From Nemertoderma westbladi (taxonomy: Eukaryota > Animalia > Xenacoelomorpha), in contig JAUCBJ010007079.1 in assembly GCA_032718475.1 (NCBI GenBank), forward strand, positions 1 to 46,436: 46,436 nucleotides of DNA, read 5' to 3'. Below the pieces are notes generated by a model that worked only from the letters and a program-made list of their open reading frames with translations, was not told where the DNA came from and did no database searches. The stretch's first letter is position 1; each line of letters starts with the position of its first letter. Below, piece by piece: positions 1 through 12,038 of this stretch. The position numbers and the translations under genes were made by a program.

Positions 1-2317
1 AAATAAAGGAAGTAATATCTTTGTAAATTTAATTTTGTATGTAGTAATCATTATGTAGAACGAATGAGAAACAATATTTTGTAAATTTAATTTGTATGTA
101 ATTATCGTTAAACAGTGAGAGAGATAATATTTGGTAAATTTAATTTGTATGCAATTCATTATGCAATATCTATAGCAATATTTGTAAATAGTAGAATTAT
201 TATGTTATTTAGATTGGTTGGAAGAAATTTATTTTGTTTTGTATACATCACCTTATACTCTTCTACAATTGGAGGGAAACATTATATGATTTCCCTTGGA
301 GCGGTGTTACGGTATATGGCGCTGTATCCACAGTATTAGTCCGTTATGCAGTATGCAATATTAGTCCGTTATACTGTACGTAATATTAGTCCGTTGTGCA
401 GCATAATATTTTAGATAAGGCATAATAACGCAGTGGTATTTAGGTAGGGAAATCAAAACGCCCATATATTTTGCATCCATTCATTTTGTATAGTATGTAG
501 CCCTACCTACGTAATTTTGTATTAGGTTATATGTAGATAGTTCCAGGGTAAGTTTATTCGGACCCTGGATTCCGTGCTTGCTGATATTAGCTTTAGTAGG
601 GCTAGCATATAGGGACGCTGTCCTGGCCATTCAGCAGCCAGAGACGTGAACCATTACCATATATGGTAATAATTCGAGGAAAGGGAGCAAATAGGGCTAC
701 AATCCGGCCTCCTTATTGGACTAGCTGCTTCCAGGTTGGTCTAGTGCTAGCACGGACTGGAGAGCCAATAAGAAAGCGATTGAGTCACCCTATTGCATCA
801 CCCCATCCGGATCACCTATAAATTGGCGGTGTGCCGGTAGAGCCTCACTCTTATCACATGACACCTAGCCCTAGCACCTGTCTTACTGTTTTCTTGATAC
901 TCGTATTTTCTGCAATTTGCTAATTTGATTAATTTCTTGAAATGATTTGCTAGTGCGATTACTTGCTTGTGTTTCTCAATAATTCCTTCGATTACTGCTA
1001 ATTACAATTGAACTATGATTTCTACCCTTTGATTGATGGTTCTATGTGATTCTTTCTGCGCAATAATCCCAAGGGATTCCTGAGACTGTCGGACTTTGTG
1101 ATTTGCATGCGCCGCTACGGTAGCTATTAGCATCATGGAGGGCTAAGGCGCCAGTGGGCGGTGGGCGCATCGGGGGGTTGAGCGACTAGGAGGGAGCGGA
1201 GGATTCAAAGGCGAGCAACGCTGGCGGGGGGTCACCGTTGCGGTCGGGCAATTTGCATTGTAGCGTGGGGGCAGCTCGCTGGTACAGTAATTAGGGGGCT
1301 GATGATCCAGGTTTTGTCTCTATTTAGTATTAGGGGGGCAGGAATTGGGTTAGTTAGGAAGCCTAGATGTACCCGGGAGAGGTCTGCGTGCTTTACAATT
1401 GCGAATTGCATGTATTGCGAATTATTATATTGTGCTGTGTAATTGCTAATTGCGTGCATTGCGGATTGTACAATTGTGAATCGCGCATTGCGAGATGTGA
1501 TTGCTGACGCTGATTGGTGTGTTACTAAAGTGTGCCTAAGATTACGAAAGCTTAGATAGGCGCTCTTTTCCCTTTGATTGATTTCTATCTCTTAGTTTAC
1601 TGTAAATAATTACTGATTAGGTCAAAGTAATACAGTATTTTAGGCTGTTACATATTTGTGACTGTAATTAATTAGTAAAATTAAGAATTAGTACGCAGCA
1701 TAGCGGAGAGTAGCTAAGGTAATAATTAGAGTACCGTAAACTATTCACGCTGAGCGGTTATTTGAATTAGCGGGCAATAAGCTAGATAGCAGTATTCAGT
1801 ACGCAAAACGCATTAGTAATTTGCTGGCCTAAAGCCAGCCGCAGACAAGTTTAGTCCCACTATAGGTATTAGCCCTAATAAAAACTGTACCACTTTGATT
1901 ATTTTAAATATTCTCGCATTCACACATTCCGTTAGGGAACCCCCAGTATTCGCGATTAGAAAAGACGTAGGCATTGGCGTACTTTAACAGTAAGATTAGG
2001 CGTAAGAATATACTCTGAGTGTAAAACCTCTCACACTCGTTTTAAGTCAGCTTAGGGAGCCGATTCGGGTTTGTTGTTTTGGTTATTCCCGCGTGGCTCA
2101 TATATTCGAACAGTTAGCTCTCTATCGAGTAATTGGTAGAGAAAGGAACAAGAAATTAGCAGGAGCCGTAGAAAATTAGTAAAACATATTAGCGGACGGC
2201 AGGTTAGCGCCATCTAACGGTAAGTAGCGGTTTTGTATTTAGCAGCCCCTCACATTAGCAATAATACGCTCCTGATTGCCCTGTCTAATAAATAGAGCAG
2301 TTTTGTGTCTTTATTGG

Positions 2318-3214
2318 TTAGGCCGGGGTAGTTTGTTTAACACCTTTCTTTGGTTTTTTAATTTCGGCATCCTTAGGAATAGTGTTAGACTTGTTATCGT
2401 ATAGTGGCGGCCAATGTTGTGTTGCTCTTTGTAAGAATTGTGGTCCGTGTTGCCAAAATTCCTTGTTTTCCGGTTTACAGAATTCCTCGGGCATCATTCC
2501 TCGCGACGCAATATCAGCTGGATTTTGTGGTCCAGGACAATGTCGCCAATCTTCCTTTATTGAACGGTCTAGAATTTCTGCACGACGGTTAGCTACAAAT
2601 GTCTTGAATTCAAGTGTGTCGTTGTTTATATAAAATAAAACTAACGTCGCATCAGTCCAATAAAATATCTGTAAACTTGACTGTAGTTCAGTCTGTATAA
2701 GGTTTACAATTGTCGTTGACAGAGTTGCGGCTTGTAGCTCAGCGCGTGGTGTCGTCATATACTTAGTAGGCATTGTTTTAGCCTTAGAAGTAATGAGCGA
2801 AACATCAAACTCATCTGAGTCTACTTGTCTGCGCAAATACGCTGTCACTCCAAAGCCGTTGTCACTGGCGTCGGAAAAACAATGTAATTCTAAGTTGTCA
2901 GGAAATGTCGTCTGTAATGGAAAGTACACCCGGGGTATGGAATAATCCTCTAGCGAAGATAATTGCGCCTCCCAAGTCTTCCATAAGTCCACTTGTTCGG
3001 ATGAGATCGGTTCGTCCCATGTCAGTCCATCTTTCCAAATACTGCGCATATATATTCTTGCTTGCAGTATTATTGGGCTGATGAAACCTAATGGATCGAA
3101 CAGTCTGCTTAGTTTCGACAAGCAAGACCTCTTTGTCAGAGAATCCCCTTGAGCGTCCAGTCTTACTTTCACTCGAAAGTTGTCTGTGTTCGGGTCCCAA
3201 AATAGTCCCAACAC
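2318..3214 (-). pseudogene. Pao-type RT C-terminus/RNase H region (Peptidase_A17-like)
   Basis: LGLFWD, KRSCLSKLSRLFDPLG, LHCFSDAS, TPRAELQAA, YWTDATLVL, FVANR, WRHCPGPQNPADIASRG; stop at 2318-2320. Confidence 0.92.
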
Positions 3215-4542
3215 CTTTGTCGTCGGCAGTGGTTCGAACTCTAAGTCAATGTCACCACCCCCACGTTCAGTCGTTTCGAATGAATTTACTAATTCGGCAC
3301 TGTTTGAGGCAAACTTGGTGAGGTTAAAACCTCCGCCTGCTAAACAGTCCCGTAATTGATGTGCTACTGTTATAGCACGTTCTACTGTGTCACAACTTTG
3401 TAACCCATCGTCACATGTAAAAAATCTCGTTCTACGATCTGGATTACCTCTGGGTCATATTTATGTTTCTGATCCCTAGCAGTTTGCTTTAGGGCGTACA
3501 TAGTGCAGTTTGGGCTGTCCCTGGCACCGAATACGCGAACTTGCATTTGTTAAGTCGCCGGTGGTTGACTTAAGTCTCCATCCGGGTACCAGAGGAACCT
3601 CAAACTGTCTCTGTCTCGCTCTAACGCTCGCACTTGGTGAAACATCGCTTCGACGTCACAAGTAAATGCTACTTGGCGCTGACGGAAGCGCATAATCACC
3701 CCCATGAGATAATTATTCATGTTTGGTCCATCCATCAACTCACTATTAAGAGACATTCCCTCAAACAGAGCCGCACAGTCATTAACTACACGTACTTTAT
3801 CTGGTTTATCGGGGTGTCTCACGTAGTGATGTGGCAAGTAGTATGTCTGGTCAGTCACAATCTCTGGGTTAGTCATTTTGATAGCATATCCTTTTGTCAA
3901 ATACGTCTCCATCTGAGTATTATACTGCAGATGGGCTTTCTCGTCCTTTAATAAACGTTGTCGTATTGAGTGTAAACGTCTTAAGGCTAGCGGATAGTTA
4001 TTTGTAAGTTTAGGACGTTGGTTACGCCATAGCATCCCTACCTCATAATGTCCGTCTTTCGTCTGGCGGATAGTATCTTCCATGATCTTTAAAGATTGTT
4101 TCTCTTGTTCCGACATACATGGTGCGTAACTACCAGGTTCTGCTGTATCTTGTTCCAACCATCTGATAGTTTTCTCTGTTAATTCTTTGTCTAACGCGGC
4201 TTGTTCCACTTGATGATTTCTTAATGCGTCTTCATCGACGGGCGTTGTTGAGGTTATTGGTTGAGGTAGACTCACAAGCCTTCCGGCGTTATCATCTATC
4301 GTTGATGGATCCTCTGCCTGACTCCACTCCTTCTCAATCTCTACACTAACGTTGTGGATAGGCTGCTCTTTGTGACTTATCGTACTCGCTACACACGTCG
4401 TACTTGTAACGTTGTTGTGTTTTGTCGAACGTAGTATAGTATAGTCCTTGTCGTGTGAAAAGGAATGAGTCGAAGTTGTAGTTAATAAACTACATGTACT
4501 TTGTACATCGTCTTCCCCATCACTTATATCTAGTGTGCGCAC
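3215..4542 (-). pseudogene. BEL/Pao reverse transcriptase, disrupted
   Basis: HYEVGMLW, YYLPHH, RVVNDCAA, SLNSELMDGP, DVEAMFHQV, LRFLW. An in-frame TAA at 3550-3552 is followed by QMQVRVFGARDSP; a frameshift near 3415-3425 falls just before DDGLQS (YxDD site), then GGFNLTKFASN. Confidence 0.9.
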
Positions 4543-4933
4543 AGGCGCTCGAGTATACCAACCTATCGGGGTTCGACAGGCGTATGCATTTCCTGCTACG
4601 ACTACCGATGGTCTGGTTTCCTACACTTGATGTAAGTTGAATTGATCTGTCCCGATCAGCATTGCTACTGATCTATAGTTAACAGGACATTCAGGTACAC
4701 CAAGGTGTCTGAAATACTTACGGTCCTCTAAGGATTGTTCCGGCACTGGACCCAGTAGATTACTAAAGTCTTTAGTGGCTGCAAAGGTTAAATCCTTTGG
4801 GTAACAAAGACCTCTCCTTTTCGCTATGTTGCGATTTCGGAAGAAGAGTGTCTAAGTTCAACTTAACTCATGTCACTGGTATTGCACGTTGTCCATGCAT
4901 ACTACTGACAGTGTATTTGACGTTCTTACCTTG

Positions 4934-6208
4934 TCAGAGATCCGTCACGACATCAGCTACCTTCTCGTCCACATAGCTGTGAGATGAGGCTGAATCCAGG
5001 ATATCGTAAATCCGTTTGCTCCCCTTTGTGCCAGTAATCTTGACAGGAATTACGCTAAAACCTTTTAGTTGGTCAGGTGTCAGAAGCGCAATCGATGGTT
5101 GTTCGTCTCCATCTGAGTATATGTCGTCGTCCTCAAATTCCTCATCAGAAGACCCAGACTGCTCCGGGAAACAATCCCGAATATGCGTCACGAACGTTGG
5201 TGTCGTTCTCGATTCACGATTCTTGTAGGCCGTATTGCATTTCGCTGCTGCTTCTGGGTGTTCCCTAGTGAAGCATTTGGTCGGCGTATGGCTGTCCGTA
5301 TGGAGCAAACCGTCATGGTTTTGTCCACAAGAAGGACAGGTGTCCGTATTTGGGCAGTCTTTTCGAACGTGTCCGTGTTGAGTACACCGCCAACAAGAAT
5401 CCAATGGCCGTATCTGTAGTCTTCGTTCTTCCGAGTTTAACTCGCGAAATAACCGACAACCTCTTAGCTTGTGACTGGTATGCCGCTTGCCTAACTGCTC
5501 GCAGTATTGGCAACCACTAAAGTCTGCACTCAGTTGCTGTCTGGTCTGTTTGATCCCAATAGGTGCGGATACTTTACTACCGTCCGAAAATTGTCGGGTT
5601 TCTGTCGATGTGGCGTAAGTGGCCGTCTTGGTGGATGTTGTCTGGGGTTTTTGTAGGTTTGAGGATGGTAAGGTGATTCCTTCTGCTACAATGTGTTGGT
5701 CGGTGTAGTTGGATTGGGTCTCCACCACCGCTTCCCTAGATATTAATAGGTACACATCCTCCAGTTTCAAAAATCCACCCCGTTCTTCCCGCTGGTATTC
5801 GATCTTCCTCCACTCCCGACGAAGTCGATGGTGGAGTCTTCCTATCATTTTCAATAAGACCATAGGGGTGTTCCCGTAATCGAGTTGTCCAATAGATCTT
5901 AATGTAGTGATAGTGTTTTTTATTTCGTCAGCTAGCTTTAGTAAGTCGACGGGTTTAGTAATAGCCCCCCCCTTACAGAGTTCCTCTATCACTGACTTGG
6001 CCATGCTTACTGTACCTCCGTAGATTGAAGTTAAGCGATCGTATGCTAACTCGAAGGCATCTGGTACACCAACGAAAGTCTCCGCTAAGCGTTTGGGTTC
6101 TCCCGTCAAGGTTTGAAGCAGATAGTTGAACTTTTCCATTGATGTAAAAGCGCACGCCGCAATTTGAGATTCGATGTAGTCTACGAACGTGTGCCAACGT
6201 GTTTTCTT
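4934..6208 (-). pseudogene. Gag core (DUF1759-like), zinc knuckles and aspartic protease start
   Basis: RWHTFVDYIES..EKFNYLLQTLTGEPK; CQYC..H..C, CWRCTQHGHVRKDC, CPSCGQNHDGLLH; IYDILDSASSHSYV. Confidence 0.88.
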
Positions 6209-7428
6209 TGATACGAGGTGTTTCTTGAAGGTATCCGCTTTCGTCCTTTTGGGCTCCTCCCGGAGGCGCACCCACGAGGCGGACGTGTTTCCACCACCCC
6301 TGGGGCCAGTCCGACTGATGTTATTATCAGACCGGGCCGGAGGGTGGCCCGATGCTTCCCGGGTTCTGTTTTCGGTCCCCCGATCACACCGGCACAGCTC
6401 GTCGAACGTGTAGCCAGATGGGTGGCTACTGTCAACTTACTGTGGCCTGACTGTACATTGAGCCAACTCAAAGTATAACAAAGAGTCAACCGGCAGGTGG
6501 ACCAGTTGATAGCGATCGAGCACCAAGGTCGCCCTTGGGCCTAACCGACGGTCTTGTCCCAAGCGGGCTTGCGCTACCCAACATTGGAATTTTGACTCGT
6601 TTTCACCTGCCTCGCCGGCAATATTGAGGGGAAGTAAGTTCCACAAACAATATTGACTAGCTCGAAAGCTAGGAACAAGTAACCACTTACCCGTCCTGTA
6701 CACGTGTACTCAACAGATGTTCACGAAATCAAGTACACTACGGTAAGCACAAAATCTGACACATACCATGCACACACAGAGGACATAATCGGGTAAGACA
6801 AAATCGGGGTCAAAATCGAGAAAGACAAAATCGGAGGGGACAAAATTGTATCGACCATCAACCAAAATCGAGAGTACCTTATTTTGCCGTCAGGGCAAAA
6901 TAACTTTGTGTGCACAAAGTATGCTGGGGCGCAGTAAAGTATGGTCCTACTAATACCAGCGGCGTCTGGTCCAACTGGCAAGGGTTCCCATACCCACTCG
7001 CAGTGGCCACACGTACAATCACGTGTACTCACGTACCCACAGCAACAGAAAGCTCAAAACCCGAACAAATCCCAAAGACCAATCAGCTGACATGGAGACA
7101 ATAACATATAGTATCAAAAAAAGCGGAACAGCTGATGGCCAAAGGAACCCATCCAAGCCCCAAGCAAACTGCAACTGATTGCTCACATACAAAACATAGT
7201 TCACGCCACATGAGCCACAAATCACGCCATGCCACCACCCCTACTGTGTACAGGACTGGCAGTACGGCAACAGGCCGACTAGACGGTACCACGGCACCAT
7301 GGCAATTCATGGTTCGTTAGACATGAGGGCCTTAAGTAACACCCTTGCACTGTATCCGCAATTTAACGTGCCCCCAGACCCTCACGAGTCCGCCGCCGCC
7401 TGCTAAGAGCACCCCTATAGAGACCTCA
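6209..7428. mobile_element. 1.22-kb insertion interrupting E1 gag, probable solo LTR of another family
   Basis: Gag breaks at PKEV| and resumes at |KKTRWHTF; insert begins TGATAC and ends CCTCA (TG..CA); no long ORF; no clean TSD. Confidence 0.5.
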
Positions 7429-7812
7429 CCTCTTTAGGTACTATTTGCGGATCCTTCGGGTTTTTATTGTGTTCAAATTCGGTGTTTCTCGAACTATCGG
7501 TTTGAACTTCCTCCAAGCGTTCCTCGATCTGAGCCAACTTGTTAACAACTGGTCGCAGAATGTCGGCGAATTGTTGTGTACTGATCGCGTCCATTGGTTG
7601 TAACGCCTTTTGTGTTGGTGTATTTTGTGGAGGATTGTCTATAAAGGAATTTGTTGAACGCTCGCGTTTGCATTCATCGGCCGCTCCTGTTCTAAACACT
7701 TCGCGTTCCGGGTAATCCGATTCACTCGAAGTACTACTATCACCTGGATACGGTGGCCGACGTGCTCGCATCCGTTGGGTTGTCCGAATTCTAACATTCC
7801 GTTTCGAAACAT

Positions 7813-8148
7813 CGTCTACTGGTTTCCGTCGTTCGGTAGGCTCGCAGGTCTTCCTCGAAGTCGTAGATTGCGATGTAAACTGGTTAAGCGGTCGCGTATC
7901 CACTGGTCTCCGTTGTTCGGTAGGCTCGCAGGTCTTCCTCGAAGTCGTAGATTGCGATGTAAACTGGTTAAGCGGTTGCGTATGCACTGGTCTCCGTTGT
8001 TCGGTAGGCTCGCAGGTCTTCCTCGAAGTCGTAGATTGCGATATAAACTGGATTTGTGGTCGCGTATCCACTGGTCTCCGTTGTTCGGTAGGCTCGCAGG
8101 TCTTCCTCGAAGTCGTAGATTGCGATGTAAACTGGATTTGTGGTCGTA
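7813..8148 (-). repeat. 84-bp tandem repeat x4 (28-aa unit QFTSQSTTSRKTCEPTEQRRPVDTRPQI) in gag
   Basis: tcgtagattgcga recurs every 84 nt (7861, 7945, ...). Confidence 0.95.
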
Positions 8149-8815
8149 TGGTGTTTGAGTCTAACGGCCTTGAAGGCCTGAATACGATTGGGTTTGCGTA
8201 GTGCGTCACAGGTTTCGGTGTCGAAGGTTGACTCACCTGTTTAGTCGTCATTAATGTAGGTCCGACTAATAAACTACTACGATCCGTTATTGGCGGAATA
8301 CTTACCTTGACTCTCGGAATAGGCGATGACGTTGCTCTCGGCGGTACAAACTTGTCCGGAATAACATACCTGTGTTCCGTTGCATCGTGTATAGGAGATA
8401 TACTGCTACTACCAGCAATCGAAACAGGTCTTTTACTCGTAATTGGTGCGAACATCGGAGTTACTTGAGGAAATCGTTGACATAAGTCTTTAACCAATTC
8501 CCGTTCTCGCTCAGGTGCTCCTACGCTTCCTTCCTTCATTCGTTCCTGAATTTGACGATGTCTTACCTCTATCCGGTCTAGATCGTTTCCGACTCGAGAT
8601 CTCATCGATCAATCGCGGGCTTGTAGATCCAGATCTTCCTTAGCGTTAGCTAATTCCCTCGCCTTCTTTTCGAGTTCGAAATGAAGTTTAACTTCCTTCT
8701 CGCGTTGTTCCGTCTGTTGTTGTTGCGCCTCGAACTCCGCTAGTCGTATAGCTGATTGAGCCTTTATTTGCCGTTTTTTCATCTCAGCTCTTGCTTCCGA
8801 AACTCGCTTGTGTTC

Positions 8816-8935
8816 TTCCAATTCTGCTGCTCGTCGCTCCAAATCAGCTGCTGCCGCTCGTCGCTCCAAATCAGCTGCTGCCGCTTGTCGTTCCAACTCA
8901 GCTGCTGCCGCTTGTTGCGCTAACTCAGCTGCCGC
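8816..8935 (-). repeat. 27-bp tandem repeat (AAAADLERR-like) in gag coiled coil
   Basis: tcagctgctgccgct recurs at a 27-nt period. Confidence 0.85.
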
Positions 8936-10029
8936 TGTTCGCTGTGCTATTTCTAGCTCTAACCTTTCCATCTCAGCTGCTTCCAGTTCGGCTTGTTCTT
9001 GCAGATGAGAGATTCTCGCAACATTCGCAATGCGTAGTTTCTCTTCCTCTACCGCCGCTTGTACCGTCAGCAGTTGAGTTTGTTCCTCAATTTCTCGTTG
9101 TTGTCTATAGTACTGTTGTTGCTGTCGAGAAATTTCTGACGTCACTATACTTACCTCGCCAATTTCGCTGCGAATACTCACTAATGATTGGTCCAGTATT
9201 CCCGGTGCCGGTTCGATTTGTACGGGTGAAGTTTCCCTCGTATATTCCGGCACGGTTTCCAAATCGCCGACGTCTTCGCCGCACATACGTAAGTGATCTG
9301 TCAGATATTTCAATTGTCCATCCAGTCGGTACAGTTCCTGTTCTTCCTCGGGCTGTAATAACTCGTCAGAAACCGACTCACCTAATAACTGGTCCGCTTG
9401 TTCCTGTTGTATCTGTCTAATGGTCGTCTTAAACTGAATCAGTTTCTCCCTAGCGATCATTAATTTCTCGAGGATTCTAAACTGTGTGTCCATATCCTGT
9501 CTCTGTCTAGCTAGATCTTGTAGACCAATTAGATTATCTACAGACTTATGTACTTTACTCTGTACTCTAACCTGTAGGGTGTAGAACTCGAACCGAGACA
9601 TCGGAGCGGTCAACTCGTCTAATATGCGTTGGCCTTCTCCAATACTCCTGGTAATATGCGCCATGTATCCTCCGACGCTTCTAACCACGCTCTCCTGGCT
9701 TCCTACTGAACTTACCATGTCCGTTTCTCTATGTCTAGGTTGCGGGACCGTTAGAAAATCCTCGGTCCTGCCGTCGCCTCGTACTACGGCATCCGGTACT
9801 CCCGTTGGATGTACTGGTGACGCGCACGGTGTAGGTTCGGTAGGCTCACGAGTCTTCCCCTGTGGTTCTTCCGCTTCTGACTTATCCGCGTCACATGAGT
9901 CATAGTCGGTTGTGTATTCTTCGTATAGTCTTGTTTGTCACTCATTTCGGTAGTTGTAAGTCAAGTAAAGTGAGTGTCAAAGTATCAAACTTACCGTATT
10001 TTATATCTAAACGGTATTAATTACAGTCA

Positions 10030-10153
10030 TATAAAATTAGCCTACCGGCCGATTTTATAGCAGATGGATAAAATTAGCCTAGCGGCCAATTTTACAGCAA
10101 ATAAATGTCACGGAGTAAGTATATAATAAAATTAGCCTGGCGGCCAATTTTAT
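10030..10153 (-). promoter_or_regulatory. Three repeated stem-loops in the E1 5' UTR (candidate packaging signal)
   Basis: ATAAAATTAGCC-N4-GGCCRATTTTA at 10030-10059, 10068-10095 and 10126-10153. Confidence 0.6.
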
Positions 10154-12038
10154 AACAAATAAATCGGATAACGATATACGTTATCAAAAGTAAATCAAAC
10201 ACAAATAATTAACGGACTAATTCAGCAATAAACAAAGAAATCATACGGAATGCATAAATACTTGAGACAGTGGAACCCACAATAATTTTAACTAATACGG
10301 TAATGCCTAACTGATTTATGCAACTTTTCGAACTCACCCCCTCCAATGATTCTCCAGAAAAACAGATTCCCAGATACAAACCGGACGTGAACCTTTCCGT
10401 TTCCAGCGTTGCGGACGAAGTGCGATTTTCCCAACCAAAGTTGTTGAGTTATCTATCTCCCAAACTTGCTAAACACGGTCTTGCTCTCGTTACAGTCTAG
10501 AAATGAGCTCTGAATCCTGAAAAACAAAAGAGTTAGGTTTTACTTTTACGAAAATTTTGTACCGGTACAATATGGTATTTAAACCCTTTTAAACACCGGT
10601 ATTCAATTCCAAATATTTTACACGCGGTTCAAATCAAAATTTTATTTCAAAAAATTAGCACTTAGCTAATCAAATATAAAATTTTACCTCAAAATACAAA
10701 ATTTTCAAATAACTTTAGTCCTACTGAACCGTAGTTCAGTAAAACACATTCCTACTATTGGAAGAGACAGTAACAAAATGCCCTGCAATATCCTACTGTA
10801 AAGTTTGTGAATCAAAACATAATCCGACCTTCTCACCAAAACAGTAAACTCTAAGTAAGCGAATATATATTGCAGTATCGGTCTCTTATAACCGGTGAGG
10901 CAGAAAACAGTCTACGAACGGACAAACTTCGATGAAACAAAATCCCGCGCAGCGAATCCTAAAATCAGGCTGACTCACTGACGGACTAAGGGGCTCGTAT
11001 ACTTTGCCGCGGTGTGATTTATATGGTTGGGATAGAGAGATGCTAGCTAGGTGCAGAAAGGTCTAACTAGCGGGCAAAGCGCAGTATGGACAAAAATTAT
11101 TTTATATATTTTGAGGTGTAAATAATTTCTAAGGCGTGTGAGTCTTGATTCTAAACAGTCAAAGTCAGTTTTGCTCCTTCACATATATAATTACTGGGTT
11201 CGGTATGCATTTTACAAATATTCTAATTTTATAACTTGTAGGTCCAATACTCACGAATGATAAGGCTCCTTCCCCTTTTGTGTATTTCCAGGACTCAAAT
11301 TCAGGCATAAGGTTAATACTACGCCCAGAATTCGGCAATTTAATTTACCAGGTCCCTAATACTAAGAAGAAATGTGTTAGTTTACTACAGTAGGCGTACA
11401 GTTACTAATAGCTAGCCTGGCGTTCTTATCTAGAATTTTGGTTGCCTAGATGGGCACGGCAACTTCCTAACAGAATGTTGGCGGGGACACGGTAGATGTT
11501 AGTATCCCTAAATAGCCTCAATTTATTTTGCGCCTAGTGGTAAACTGCCCTACCGCCTGAACGGTACAATCCCAATTCAGGTAAAACACAGTAACCCTTC
11601 TAGCCTACAAGTTCAAATGCAATGGACACCGTTGTACTACAAACAGTCACCGACGCACCTATACTTAGCAAGAGTTAGGCGTACAGTTTGCTGCACCCTA
11701 CCAATGTGTATGCCTTGTACCAGTGTGCCTGCGTCCTATCTGTGTACTGGTATCTTTCTGCCTGATCTCCTCCTCTCCCCCCGTAGGAATGTGAAGGTCT
11801 ACTGTGGGTTTTCTCTGAATTAAGACAGTACGGTCCCTAGATGTAATTTTTAGCGCACAGCGTGTCACTACCTCTACCTTCGATCTTTGGTCTTACACTT
11901 AGGTAGCAAGGCATTGAACGCTGTCTAACCTTTCAGGCGATGGGCGAATAACTAAGAATGAATATTGTGGGTTGTCTCCTTCTACATTCCTCAGATGTTC
12001 CCGTTCATTGCTGTGGCCTGATGTCTAGCCTGCCATCC

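Larger units (their letters stand above)
2318..9945 (-). mobile_element. BEL/Pao LTR retrotransposon E1, decayed gag-pol (Gag, protease, RT, RNase H; no integrase seen); LTRs not delimited
   Basis: Ordered minus-strand ORF pieces carry BEL/Pao hallmarks: coiled-coil Gag, DUF1759-like WHTF region, three Cys-His knuckles, LDSAS protease, YYLPHH/KVRVVND RT, FSDAS and NPADIASRG RNase H. Likely start ATG at 9945 (MSDKQ); several stops and frameshifts. Confidence 0.92.
7429..9945 (-). pseudogene. Gag N-terminal coiled-coil/low-complexity region
   Basis: ORFs 8609-9718 and 7415-8605 are in the same frame, separated by one TGA; E/Q/A/R-rich helical sequence; the frame stays open upstream of 9718 with a frameshift near 9925. 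Confidence 0.8.

Noticed and set aside
2235-2252. Dicistrovirus IGR-IRES-like words (TATTTAG, CAGCCC)
   Set aside because: The motifs are adjacent rather than in separate stem-loops, and no pseudoknots or downstream ORF were found.
6315-6331. Hammerhead ribozyme core at CTGATG
   Set aside because: Lacks CTGANGA and a correctly placed GAAA; simple hairpin.
6209-7428. Intron in gag (GAG|GTGAGG donor-like site)
   Set aside because: No polypyrimidine/AG acceptor that restores the missing Gag motif; TG..CA ends favour an insertion.
8791-9420. Plus-strand ORFs overlapping gag/pol (also 7775-8158, 16654-16896, 46047-46406)
   Set aside because: Antisense shadows of repetitive or biased coding sequence; no motifs.
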